From positions 744,001 through 808,000 of the forward strand of contig NW_027590122.1 of the NCBI RefSeq assembly GCF_964213995.1: 64,000 bases of DNA. Direction: 5' to 3'. The stretch is from Mustelus asterias. Its lineage: Eukaryota. Position numbers and translations under genes: made by a program. Under the pieces are notes generated by a model. That model saw only the letters and a list, made by a program, of their open reading frames with translations, did no database searches and had not been told where the DNA came from. This document shows positions 23,569-36,079 of this stretch, in pieces (positions within the stretch are counted from its first letter, which is position 1; each line of letters starts with the position of its first letter).

Positions 23569-23976
23569 CGTTATGAGGCCATCCCTCTATTTATGCTGCA
23601 TTAGGTCCTCTCAATTAGTACGAGAGTAGACCACGGATCTGTTTCTACTACATCTGATCCCATCTCTTTTTATATTACACAGAATTTTTCTCTTTACATT
23701 ACATCAGAGACTGTCTCTGTTAATTCAACATACGACTATGTATATGTTGTTGGCATTTAATTGTCAGAAGCAAGTCTTCTCCCAGCCTGGAATCTTATGC
23801 TGTCATAATGACAATGATTAATGGGAATCCATCCAAAAGTTCCATCAATTCCTAAAATGACACCAGGAAGCACGCGAGGTAGAAAGTCTCATCGATCTTG
23901 ACGTTAATCATGCATGAGCTGCACTATCAGAACAGCTGAAAGCTGAGTTTGGTTCCCTTAGAGCTGAGCAGTTTAC

Positions 23977-24408
23977 AAAGAACAAATAAAGAACAAAGAA
24001 CAATACAGCATAGGAACAGGCCCTTCGGCCCTCCAAGTCTGCACCGATCATGTGTTCCTAACTAGACCATCCGTTTGTATCCCTCTATTCCCCGTCTGTT
24101 CATGTGGCTATCTAGATAAGTCTGAAATGATCCTAGCGTGTCTGTCTCAACCACTTTGCTTGGTAGTGCATCCCAGGCCCCCCCACCCTCTGTGTAAAAA
24201 ACGTCCCCTGCATATCTGTATTGAACCTTGTCCCCTTACCTTGAACTTGTGACCCCTTGTGTTTGTCATTTCTGACCTGGGAAAAAGCTTCCAACTGTTC
24301 ACCCTATCTATGCCCTTCATAATTTTATAAACTTCTATTAGGTCGCCCTTCAACCTCCGTCTTTCCAGGGAGAACAAGCCTAGTTTACTCAACCTCACCT
24401 CATAGCTA
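23977..24408 (-). mobile_element. CR1 (outer element) 3' part; continues at 27581-28218
   Basis: (aaagaac) tail at 23977; coding SYEVRLSKLGLFSLERRRL joins MLPGMEGI at 27581. Confidence 0.88.
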
Positions 24409-27400
24409 CATAAGAACATAAGAACATAAGAAATAGGAGTAGGAGTAGGCCATCTAGCCCCTCAAGCCTGCTCCGCCATTCAATAAGATCATGGCTGATC
24501 TGATAGTGGGTTCAGTTCCACTTACCCGCCCGCTCCCCATAACCCTTAATTCCCTTAATGGTTAAAAATCTATCTATCTGTGACTTAAACACATTTAACG
24601 AGGTAGCCTCTACTGCTTCATTGGGCAGAGAATTCCAAAGATTCACTACCCTCTGGGAGAAGAAGTTCCTCCTCAACTCTGTTCTAAATTGACTCCCCCG
24701 TATTTTGAGGCTATGCCCCCTAGTTCTTGTTTCCTTAATAAGTGGAAATAACCTCGCTGCTTCTACCCTGTCTCGCCCCTTCATTATCTTATATGTCTCT
24801 ATAAGATCTCCCCTCAACCTTCTAAACTCCAATGAGTACAGGCCCAGTCTACTCAATCTCTCTTCATAAGCTAACCCCCTCATCTCCAGAATCAACCTGG
24901 TGAACCTTCTCTGTACCCCCGCCAAAGCTATTATATCATTTCTTAACTAAGGGGACGAAAGTTGTACACAGTATTCTAGGTGCGGCCTCACCAGTACCCG
25001 CTACAGCTGCAGCACGACCTCCCTGCTTTTATACTCCATCCCTCTCGCGATAAAGGCCAACATTCCATTTGCCTTTTTGATTACCTGCTGCACCTGTAAA
25101 CTGAGTTTTTGTGATTCATGCACAAGAACCCCAGGTCCCTCTGCACAGTACCATGTTGTAATTTTTCACCGTTTAAATAATAGTCAATTTTACTATTATT
25201 CCTTCCAAAGTGGATAACCTCACACTTACCAACGTTATACTCCATCTGCCAGATCCTTGCCCACTCACTTAACCTATCCAAATCTCTCTGCAGACTCTCT
25301 GTGTCCTCCACGCAATTTGCTTTCCCACTCATCTTTGTGTCATCCACAAACTTTGTTACCCTACACTCGGTCCCCTCCTCCAGATCGTCTATGTATATGG
25401 TAAATAGTTGAGGCCCCAGCACCAATCCGTGCGGCACGCCACTAGTCACTGATTGCCAACCGGAAAAGCACCAATTTATTCTGACTCTCTGCTTTCTGTT
25501 AGATAGCCAATCCTCAATCCACACTAATACTTTACCCCCAACTCCGTGTACCTTTATATTACGCAGCAACCTTTTGTGAGGCACCTTATCGAATGCCTTC
25601 TGGAAATCTAAATACACCACATCCACCGGTTCCCCTCTGTCAACCGCACTCATTATATCCTCAACAAATTCCAGTAAAGTAGTCAAACATGACTTTCCCT
25701 TCATGAATCCATGCTGCGTCTGCTTGATTAAACCATTTTTTTCCAGTTGTCCTGCTATTTCTTCCTTAATGATAGATTCCAGCATTTTCCCAACTCCGGA
25801 TGTTAAGCTAACCAGCCTGTAGTTACCTGTCTTTTGTCTACCTCCTTTTTTAAACAGTGGCGTTGCATTAGCTGTTTTCCAATCAGCTGGCACCTCCCCA
25901 GAGTCCAGTGAATTTTGATAACTTACAACTAACGCATTTGCTATTTCTTCTGCCGTTTCTTTTAGTACCCTGGGATGCATTCCATCTGGACCAGGGGACT
26001 TGTGTACCTTTAGTCCCATGAGCCGACCCAGCACTACCTCTTTAGTAATAGTGATCGTTTTAAGGTCCTTACACCCTACAGTCCCATGACCGTCAATTAT
26101 TGGTAAGCTATTTGTGTCCTCCACTGTGAAGACCGACACAAAAACCTTGTTTAAGGCCTCGGCCATTTCCTCGTTTCCTATTATTAAATCCCCCTTCTCA
26201 TCTTCTAAGGGACCAACACTTTCGCCATTCTTTTCCGTTTTATATGTTTGTAAAAACTTTTACTATCAGTTTTTATATTTTGTGCTAGTTTACTTTCATA
26301 ATCTATCTTTCCTTTCTTTATTGCTTTCTTCGTAGCTTTTTGCTGTTTTTTAAAGCTTTCCCAATTTTCTAGTTCGCCACTAATTTTGGCCTCTCTGTAT
26401 GCATTTGTTTTTAATTTGATACTCTCCTTTATTTCCTTGGTTATCCATGGCTGGTTATCCCTTTTCTTACATTCCTTCTTTTTCACTGGAATATATTTTT
26501 GCTGAGTCCTGAGAAAAATCTCCGTAAACATCCTCCACTGTTCCTCAACTGTCCCTCCAATTAGTCTGTGTTCCCAGGCTACATTAGCCAACTCCGCCCT
26601 CATCCTTTTGTAATCCCCCTTGTTCAAGCAGAGGACACTGGTTTGGGACGCTACTTTCTCACCCTCCATCTGTATTAGAAATTCAACCATATTGTGATCA
26701 CTCATTCCAAGAGGATCCCTCACAAGGAGATCATTAATTTTACCTGTCTCATTACACAGGACCAGATCCAAGATAGCTTGCCCTCTTTTTAGGTCAAACC
26801 AAATAAACAAACTTAGATTAAGTCAGGACAAAGTAAAAGGGGCAGCTCCCCAAAAGGGGGGGGGGGGCGAGGAACAGCCAGAACAGAAATCAAAGTACAA
26901 AGGAAACTTAAAAACATCAAATTAAAATGTGATTATTAGGGTCGATAACGCACCCCAACCCCTGCGGTGTCCAGCGGGCGCGGAAGGCGTCAACCATGCC
27001 CGTGGACACCCGGGGACACCGCATGCTCCCTCTCCAGGGATACCCGGCCGCGAACGTAGCCACGGTAGAGGGGAAGACAGTCAGGATGGACGGCCCCCTC
27101 GATCGCCCGCTGCCTGGACCGATAAATGGCGGGTTCCGCCAGGCCCAGGAGCAGGTTCACGAGGAGGTCGCCATCCCGACCCTCCCCTCTCCGCACCGGG
27201 TGTCCGTAGATCAGGAGTGTGGGACTGAAGTGCAAACAGAACATCAATAAAAGGTTCTTTAGGAAAACATAAAGGGAGTGCAGCCGAAGACACACAACAT
27301 AGACATGGTCCACGGACTCCACAAGGCCACAGAAAGGGCAGCCTTCGGATCCCGTGAACCAGTGAATCCTACGGTTGTGCGGCACTGCTGCATGCATCAC

Positions 27401-27580
27401 CCTCCACCCCAGGTCCAAGATAGCTTGCTCCCTCATAGGTTCTGTAACATACTGTTCGAGGAAACTATCGCGACAGCATTCTAAGAACCGCGTCCGACTT
27501 GAGTTAACCAATCAATATGGAGGTTAAAATCCCCCATGATTATTGCTGTTCCATTTTTACATGCATCTGTTATTTGTTTA
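24409..27580 (-). mobile_element. CR1 (inner element), endonuclease-to-3' end, frameshifted, interrupted by a Tx1 fragment
   Basis: (ttcttatg)n tail at 24409-24432; ORFs 24512-24925, 25081-26166 and 26205-26810; MGDFN at ~27530. Confidence 0.92.
26782..27408 (-). mobile_element. Tx1/L1-clade LINE 3' fragment (C-terminal CCHC zinc knuckle of ORF2) with a ~20-bp TSD
   Basis: WRVMHAAVPHN...CPFCGLVESVDHVYVVC...LLVNLLLGLAEPAIYRSR; flanked by ccagatccaagatagcttgc (26762-26781) and ccaggtccaagatagcttgc (27409-27428). Confidence 0.85.
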
Positions 27581-28218
27581 ATACCCTCCATACCAGGCAA
27601 CATCTTGTCCTTCTGATAGTGTGGCGCCCAGAACTGGACGCAGAATTCCAAATGTGGCCCAACCAACGTTCTATTTAACTGCAGCATCATATGCCAACTT
27701 CTGTACTCTATGCCCCGTCCAATAAAGACAAGCATGCCATATGCCTTCTTCGCCACCTTTTCCACCTGTGCTGCCACCTTTAAGGATCTGTGGACTTGCA
27801 CACCCAGATCCCTTTGTGTGTCTATACTCCTGATGGTTCTGCCATTTATTGTATAGCTCCCCCCAGCATTCGATCTACCGAAATGAATCACTTCACATTT
27901 ATCTGGATTAAATTCCATCTGCCATTTCTCCGCCCAATTTTCCAGCCTATCTATATCCTGCTATATTCTCTGACAATGTTCATCACTGTCCGCAACTCCA
28001 GCAATCTTTGTGTCGTCCGCAAACTTACTAATCAGACCAGCTACATCTTCTTCCAAGTCATTTATATATATCACAAACAGCAGAGGTCCCAGTACAGAGC
28101 CCTGCGGAACACCACTAGTCACAGACCTCCAATCAGAAAAAGACCCCTTCACTGCTACCCTCTGTCTTCTATGGCCAAGCCATTTCTGTACCCATCTAGC
28201 TAGTTCACCTTTGATCCC
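27581..28218 (-). mobile_element. CR1 (outer element) RT part
   Basis: PQGSVLGPLLF and FADD in ORF 27961-28317; continuous with 23977-24408. Confidence 0.9.
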
Positions 28219-29628
28219 GTGTTCACCTTTGATCCCAATCTTTATTGGAGATTTAGTACAGAAGTTCAAAGTTATGAATGGGAATGTTTTACTCATTAGG
28301 AAGAAACTGTTACCCACTGGAAAGAGGCCAATACACAGAAGGCACTGCTTTATACAAGACCATACTGCTATTTGTGCTGTACTGGACCCAGTCTTTAATT
28401 GAATGACAGTAGACCCTGTCTCTCTTCACGTTACATTCGGTCATTTCTCTCGTTTTGCTACACTCGGCCATCTCTCTATTTATGCTAGATTTGGTCCTGT
28501 CAATTATTACTAGAATAGACCACGGATCTGATTATATTACATCAGATGCCATCTCTTTTTATATTAAACAGGATTTGTCTCTTTACATTACATCAGAACC
28601 TGTCTCTGTTAATCCAACATACGACCATGAATATGTTGCCTGTCGAGATATGATCAATCACGATATAATATGGGTTTGCCTGTCCGGTACCAATCATTCT
28701 TGTTTCGAAGAGTCAGTTTATTTTTTTGCTGATATATATAAATAGCTGTGAGAAACGTCTAATTGCTCTGCTATCATGTGGGTAATATTTAGCGTGAACG
28801 TCATAACAATTTCTCAGTGATTAACCGGCATTGGGGACAAGTCAATTTCTGAACAATCGTTCGGTGCTCGTTGCAATAACTTCAAGCAACCTCTGTTGTG
28901 ATACATTTTATTAGTTGAATATTGTGTTGCACTGAGTCAATATGCCACAGAGTTTGGCGATAAAAATTGTTCGCCTATCTTATTTTATTTATACCATTCA
29001 ACTGATATACTGACAGTGAGAGACAGAATTGTGTCCTCACAATATCGCCAGATGGGCTCCCACAGGCTAAATATCTGTCCATTCATTATTTGCTCATCTG
29101 TTTCAGAGAGAAACAAACCGAAATGGCCACAGAACAAGTGTTGACTGGTACGTTATGTTTGAATAGAATTAAAAACATATATTTTCTGCAATTCGTATTG
29201 TTATCTTCAAAATTATTTTTCAGTTTGGGATGTGTTCATCTGTCGAGGCCCTAAGCTCTGTTATTCCCTCCCTAAATCTCGTTACCTCATATTCCTCGTC
29301 TAAATCAATCCATAAAACTATCACTTTTATTGGCCATCCTGTCAGTAACCTGATTAAATATCTCGTTGCTCATCAGGAAGATATTGCCGATGCATGGGTC
29401 TGAAAAAAAAATGCTGAAACACTGAGCAGATCATTCATCATAAATGGAGTGGTATTAATGTGCATCTCTCTCTCTCTCTCCTTGTGTGTCTCTCTCTCTC
29501 CTTGTGTGTCTCTCTCTCCTTCCCTCTCTGTCACCCACATTTGGCGCAGTCATGTACAGTAATGCACTAGGCCATGCCTATTTATATGCTGCATGTGAGC
29601 ATTTGCAATAGATCTTGGTGTCTGTTTA

Positions 29629-29961
29629 CATTAGAATCATAGAAACCCTACAGTGCAGAAAGAGGCCATTTGGCCCAGCGAGGCTGCACCGACCACAATC
29701 CCACCCAGGCCTTACCCCCATAATTACCCGCTAATCCCTCTAACCTCCGCATCTCAGGACATTAAGGGGCAATTTTAGCATGGCCAATCAATCTAACCCG
29801 CACATCTTTGGACTGTGGGAGGAAACCGGAGCACCCGGAGGAAACCCATGCAGACACGAGGAGAATGTGCAAACTCCACACAGACAGTAACCCAAGCCGG
29901 CAATCGAACCCAGATCCCTGGAGCTGTGAAGCAGCAGTGCTAACCACTGTGCTACCGTGCC
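29629..29961 (-). mobile_element. HE1-type V-SINE
   Basis: Complete head, V-domain and tail. Confidence 0.88.
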
Positions 29962-30062
29962 GCACTAAAATGACATCCGATCTATTCTCTCCACTGATCA
30001 AAGCTCTCTGCTTCGTCTCCCAGTCTCTTCCGTGCAGCTTCTATGAGCTAGATTTTGTTTTC

Positions 30063-30135
30063 AGATTCCAGTGAGAATTGAACTCGCGACCCCTGGTTTA
30101 CAAAGCCAGTGCTTAAACCACTGAGCCATGGAGCC
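30063..30135 (-). tRNA. tRNA-Thr(TGT), probably a pseudogene
   Basis: GGCTCCATGGCTCAGTGGTTTAAGCACTGGCTTTGTAAACCAGGGGTCGCGAGTTCAATTCTCACTGGAATCT; 73 nt, with one mismatch each in the acceptor, D and anticodon stems. Confidence 0.8.
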
Positions 30136-32408
30136 AAATGCTGCTATTACTTTACTTTACATAATATGCCGCTTCATTTATTATTACATCACGACAATGC
30201 TACAAGTCATTATTTCTGAGTTTTTGTTCAGTCAAGAGGCCATTTCTGTTACACTCGGCTCCATCTCAGATATTATTGCGCTAGGCTCTATGTCGTGCAC
30301 TACTGAACCATCCGTGCCTCACTTTGTCTTATATATAAAGCAGACACTGTCTCAGCAATTGGTTTTCTATAAAATGCGTCTGACAGATGGAAAGAAAGAA
30401 GGGGCGAGCGAGAAAAGATGGATATTAGCTTAAAAAACGTAATATATTTCGGTCGATGAAAGGGGTTCGAAGAATGCGTTTCGTCTTGTTAATAACTATT
30501 AGGTGTTGCGTGTAATATTTAATTGCTCTCGTATTGTCTGCAATATTTTGTTGAAAGTTTGGGATGCAACTTGTAACATCCTCTTGTTCAGAAGAGATTA
30601 ATAAACGCACGCCACGTTGCAGAGCAAATGGACACTAAAGGGCTATTCAGCATGGCCACTTCAACTAACCTGTACATCTTTAGACTGTAGGAGGAAAGCA
30701 GTTAACCTGGAGGAAACCCACGCACACACGGGGTGAATGTGCAAACACCACACATTTACACAAGGCCGAAATGGAACCTTTGCCCGTAACAGTGTGAGGT
30801 ACCAGTGCTAACCACTGGCTAAATAATTGCTATTACCTTTAAACATGATACGGTAATTTATTCAGTATTCACTTACACATTCTATGCCTCAGTCAATACC
30901 TAAAGTTAATGAATTGCCCTGGACGCTCTTGAATGTGATGCACAGCTGGCCATTTCGCTGCCAACGCAATGCATCTTTCAAATGACTCACTGAATTTCTC
31001 TCCTCTCTTTCTCAGCCTCAGGCTGCACCTAAATCAGATAACCTACCTTCTCTCTCTCAGTCTCCATTAACTCGCTTACACAGGTATCCAGGAGACGGAT
31101 CTGGCTACGAGTTAAAAAAAATATTTTTTTTGTTGTTTAAGGCACCTTGTATCTGAAAAGATAAAGTACAAAAATCTCATCAGCGGAAAATTCAGTGTCG
31201 GAAACAAACCAGTTCACTCACTTAACCTTTCTCCTCGATTTCTCTCACACAACACCTAACACACTTAAACTTTCTTATATGGAATACCTCTGCGGGGAAA
31301 AAAATGCTGCTTTAATTTTCCCTCTTTTCCCTCAGTGATAGCCTTCGGTCCATCTTCACTTCAATTAATCTATTTAAACCCCAAATATGATCATTTTCTT
31401 GATTCATTAAACTGGGAATAGAAGTGAATGTAATACTGAGACTGGCAGCAATCTGTGTGGTTGTTCTTGATGCTGTCAGAGTGAGTTCACTCTCACAGTC
31501 AGGAAGAATGTTTACGGTGATAACATCAAACTGGCCTCGGTTGTTTCATTCTCAGGTAACACAACTTCCTGTTTCTTGCTGCCGGTTCCAAACCGCACAT
31601 CTCACTTCTGAGCAGAAAATAAATCCATGGACCACAATCTGGTGAGAACATCTGTCAGTGCGGCCTATATCTGTCCACAGAGTCAGGGCAGAGTCACACA
31701 GATCACATTGCGGTGACATTTACAAATGAGCCTGGTGTGATCTGCTTAGAGTTTCCATTCCCGGACATAACTCGATGGTCAGTGGATTAGCCACTGAGCT
31801 CCCCCGGGTTCCGTGAAGGAAGGGAATGATAGCTGTTATCTTGCAGTGTTTGATCATTTTCTCTCCATCTGCTTTTTATTTTTTGTTCCTTATCTGTCAG
31901 CACCCCGTTTTTCTTTCTGCTAACTCTCCCGGTATCTCTGTCTGTCTCCTATCTTTTGAACACTTTTATTAGTGTTCATAATCATGAAGTTGTGAGTGGG
32001 GTAATTAAAGAGAGAATGTTTCAACTGGGAGGACGGTCAGCAACCAATGGGCACAAATTTATTTTATTGAGCAGGGAGACAGAAATATAATCGTTTATTT
32101 TTACACAGACGTTGTTATGAACTGGAATAAAGAGCTTGAAAGGGTGATCGAATCAGATTTCACAGTAACTTTAGAAAATAAATAAGATATATCCTTCATG
32201 GGGTTAAAATTTGAAGGGTTTTCAAGAATGGGAGCAGTTTGATGGTTCATCTATATAATTGTCCTCGCATCCTTTTTGTGTCTCTCCCTGCCCTTCATTG
32301 AGACTCAATAGAACGCAATATTTATACAGCTGTCGTCTTGTGTTAAGATAAGAGTATCACTTTGAACAAATTAGCATTGGATCGATTGTTTAGGAAAAGC
32401 ACAATTAC

Positions 32409-35400
32409 CCTTAATATTTATTGCACTGTTCTTTTTTCCTCCGATGAAGTTTTCATATTTAGACTTTTCAGTCATCATATGTCCTAATTCTGTCTGTAAA
32501 TGTGGAACTGTTTGTAGGAAAGAGAAGAAACAGATTATTTTCTGTTCCTCTGACAGATTCACCATTGTTACCTCAGATAACAGAAATTTATGGAGCCCGC
32601 CACGATTGTCCCCCTTGGGAATAACAGCTCTTAGTCAGGTAAAGTCAGTCACTCCTGCGGTCGTCATCGGGTTTTCAATCCGTGTTTGCCACACAAATCC
32701 CTACGAGACTCGTCATGACAAAGAAACCTGCGCTAAGGCCCTAGAACTGATTGCTTACTTATATCAGTTCCCAGTCCGACTCCGGGCCCAGCTGTCTCTG
32801 TTAGTGATACACTGGAGCCGGTCATTCAAATTATAATATTCTAATTCTCCATGATTATTTCTGGAAACCGTTAGCCAATCAGTTGTGAATTACAACCTAT
32901 ATCTGATTTTGTTTCATTTGACACCTGCCGGTTATCATTGGACAAATTACTTTTTTCGAGAATGATCACACGCACAAAAATGTTTATTTAAATGTCATAT
33001 CATGTTCTGTCTCTCCTATTCTATATATCCCATACATTGGTTTACATGATTCTCCCCCGGTCAGTTTATGTCATCATTGCGCTAGCATATCTGTCTATAT
33101 TAGATTAGATTCTGTCTCTGTTGTTCCTGAATAAGTTTTAATCATTTATGGGATTTGGGCATCACTGGAATCTGTTGCCCTTCCCTAATTGCCCCTGACA
33201 AAGTGGTGATGAGCTGCCATCTTGAACCACTGCGATCCATGTTCAGCAGCCCGTATCACTGTTTATACCACACAAGCTCTGAACACCCTTACGATACACC
33301 TGATCCTGATTAATCATATTACCGAAATTGTACAACCTATACTATAATAGTAAAAGTTTTTACAAGTATATAAAAAGGAATAGAGTGGCTAGAGTGAATG
33401 TTGGACCCTTGGAAGATGAGAGGGGGGATTGAATAGTGGAAAACGAGGAAATGGCTGAGACGTTAACTAAGTGCTTTGTGTCGGTCTTCACGGTGGAAGA
33501 CACAAATAGTTTGCCGAATATTAGAGATCGAGAGTTGGTGGGAGGGGAGGTCCTTAATACAATTACTGTTACTAAGGAGGTGGTGCTTGGTAGACTAATA
33601 GGACTGAAGGTAGACAAGTCCCCGGGCCCGGATGGAATGCAGGGTACTGAAAGAAATGGCTGAGGTAATAGCAGATGCGTTAGTAGTAATTTATCAAAAT
33701 TCGCTGGACTCTGGGGTAGTGCCGGCTGACTGGAAAACAGCGACTGTTACGCCGCTGTTTAAAAAAGGAAGTAGACAAAAGGCGGGTAAGTACAGGCCGG
33801 TTAGCTTAACGTCCGTAGTTGGGAAGATGCTAGAGTCCATTATTAAAGAGGAAATAACAGAACACCTGAATAAGAATGGTTCGATCAAGCAGACGCAGCA
33901 TGGATTCATGAAGGGAAAGTCGTGTTTGACGAATCTACTGGACTTTTATGAAGATGTCACTAGTGCGGTTGACAGAGGGGAACCGGTGGATGTGGTGTTT
34001 TTAGATTTCCAGAAGGCATTCGATAAGGTGCCTCACAAAAGGTTGCTGCAGAAGATTGGGGGACACGGAGTTAGGGGTAAGGTGTTGGCGTGGATTGGGG
34101 ATTGGCTATCTAACAGGAAGCAGAGAGTTGGGATAAATGGGTGCTTTTCTGGTTGGCAGTTGGTGACCAGTGGCGTGCTGCAGGGATCGGTGCTGGGGCC
34201 TCAATTGTTTACCATTTACATAGATGATCTGGAGGAGGGGACTGAATGTAGGGTATTCAAGTTTGCTGATGACACGAAGGTGAGTGGGAAAGCGAATTGC
34301 GAGGAGGATGCGGAAAGTCTGCAGAGAGATTTGGATAAGCTGAGCGAGTGGGTGAGGGTCTGGCAGATGGAATATAACGTTAGCAAATGTGAGGTTATCC
34401 ACTTTGGAAGAAATAATAGTAAATTGGAATATTATTTAAATGGAGAAAAATTACATCGTGCGACTGTGCAGAGGGACCTGGGGGTCCTTGTGCACGAATC
34501 GCAAAAACTCAGTCTGCAGGTGCAGCAGGTGATCAAGAAGGCGAATGGAATGTTGGCCTTTATCGCGAGGGGGATAGAATATAAAAGCAGGGAGGTCTTG
34601 CTGCAACTATACAAGGCACTGGTGAGGCCGCAACTGGAGTACTGTGTGCAGTTTTGGTCCCCTTATTTGCGAAAGGATATATTGGCCTTGGAGGGAGTGC
34701 AGAGAAGGTTCACCAGGTTGATACCGGAGATGAGGGGTGTAGCTTATGAGGAGAGATTAAACAGATTGGGTCTGTACTCGTTGGAGTTTAGAAGGATGAG
34801 GGGTGATCTTATAGAGACATATAAGATAATGAAGGGGCTGGATAGGGTAGAGGTGGAGAGATTCTTTTCACTTAGAAGGGAAACCAGAACTAGAGTGCAC
34901 AGCCTCAAAATAAGGGGGGGCCGGTTCAGAACAGAGTTGAGGGGGAACTTCTTCTCTCAGAGGGTAGTGAATCTCTGGAATTCTCTGCCCATTGAAGTGG
35001 TGGAGGCTTCCTCGTTGAATATGTTTAAATCACGGGTAGATAGTTTTCTGATCGATAAGGGAATTAGGGGATATGGGGAGCAGGCAGGTAAGTGGAACTG
35101 ATTCGCTTCAGATCAGCCATGATCTTGTTGAATGGCGGGGCAGGCTCGAAGGGCCAGATGGCCTACTCCTGCTCCTGTTTCTTATGTTTCTTACGTTCTT
35201 ATGTATACACAATAGAAAATATTTAGGTTGGTTACCATGGAATTGGTGAAGGTAACGGTTACACAGAAATATTGCTCCTTCTCTGGAGAGCAGCAGATGT
35301 TTCCATCCTTTGCATCAATAGGAATAAGAGGACTGAGAATTAAAGTTATAATTATCTCCTGTCGGCTATATATCCAGGTTCATTTTCGGCATCATTTTCA

Positions 35401-35554
35401 CAAATCGGAACATATTCGAGTCTTATTTCAGGAAATTCAGTGAGAAACTGAGAAGGTCATTTTCTTAAAATCTCCTCGCCATTTGACATGTGAGTTATTC
35501 ATTTTCCAACTGATCTCTGAAGACAAATAAGTCAACGCTGGGAAAATAGTCAGT
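32409..35554 (-). pseudogene. Relic of an Ig C1 - transmembrane - cytoplasmic receptor gene (exons ~35236-35554, 32653-32797, 32409-32507)
   Basis: AG/GT-bounded blocks with phase-1 donors: FPSVDLFVFRDQLENE*LTCQ...SYSY*CKGWKHLLL; LSAGFFVMTSLVGICVA; PHLQTELGHMMTEKSKYENF. Confidence 0.4.
33355..35203 (+). mobile_element. CR1 LINE, 5'-truncated, RT domain open (489 aa)
   Basis: ORF 33632-35101 with QHGF, QGSVLGP and FADD; (ttcttatg) tail. Confidence 0.95.
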
Positions 35555-36079
35555 CTGAAATCATTTTGTAAACAAGAGCACAGAACAGAATGGTTGACAA
35601 TAAATAATTACAGTATTACCTATTCTTCAATTTAATACATGAATTGTTTCGGGTTTTCATACACTCACGGAAGGCAGAAATGGATTGAAGGTTATCACTG
35701 GAAAATTGAAGGGAATTTGCTAAATGAAAGTTTATTTCTCCAAGTGGGGTTAATAGAAACTAGATTAATTTAAATAAATAAGCAGACAAATATTTAAGGA
35801 GGGAAATTATGTGATATTTCTTAGACATAGAGCCATATGATCCTTATTGTGGAGAAAAAGGTCATTTGGCCCATCGAGTCTGCATCCCATCCAGGTCATT
35901 CGGCCCAAATTTCCTTCTACCCTATGCCATTCTACCCTTCCTTCTACCCTATTCCCGATGGCCCTGCACATTTACGATGGCTCATCCACGTTACCTACAC
36001 ATCTTTGGACACGAAGGGGCAATTTCGCATGGCCAATCCATCTAACATGGTATGATTAAATAAAAATTGGGGGTAGGCG

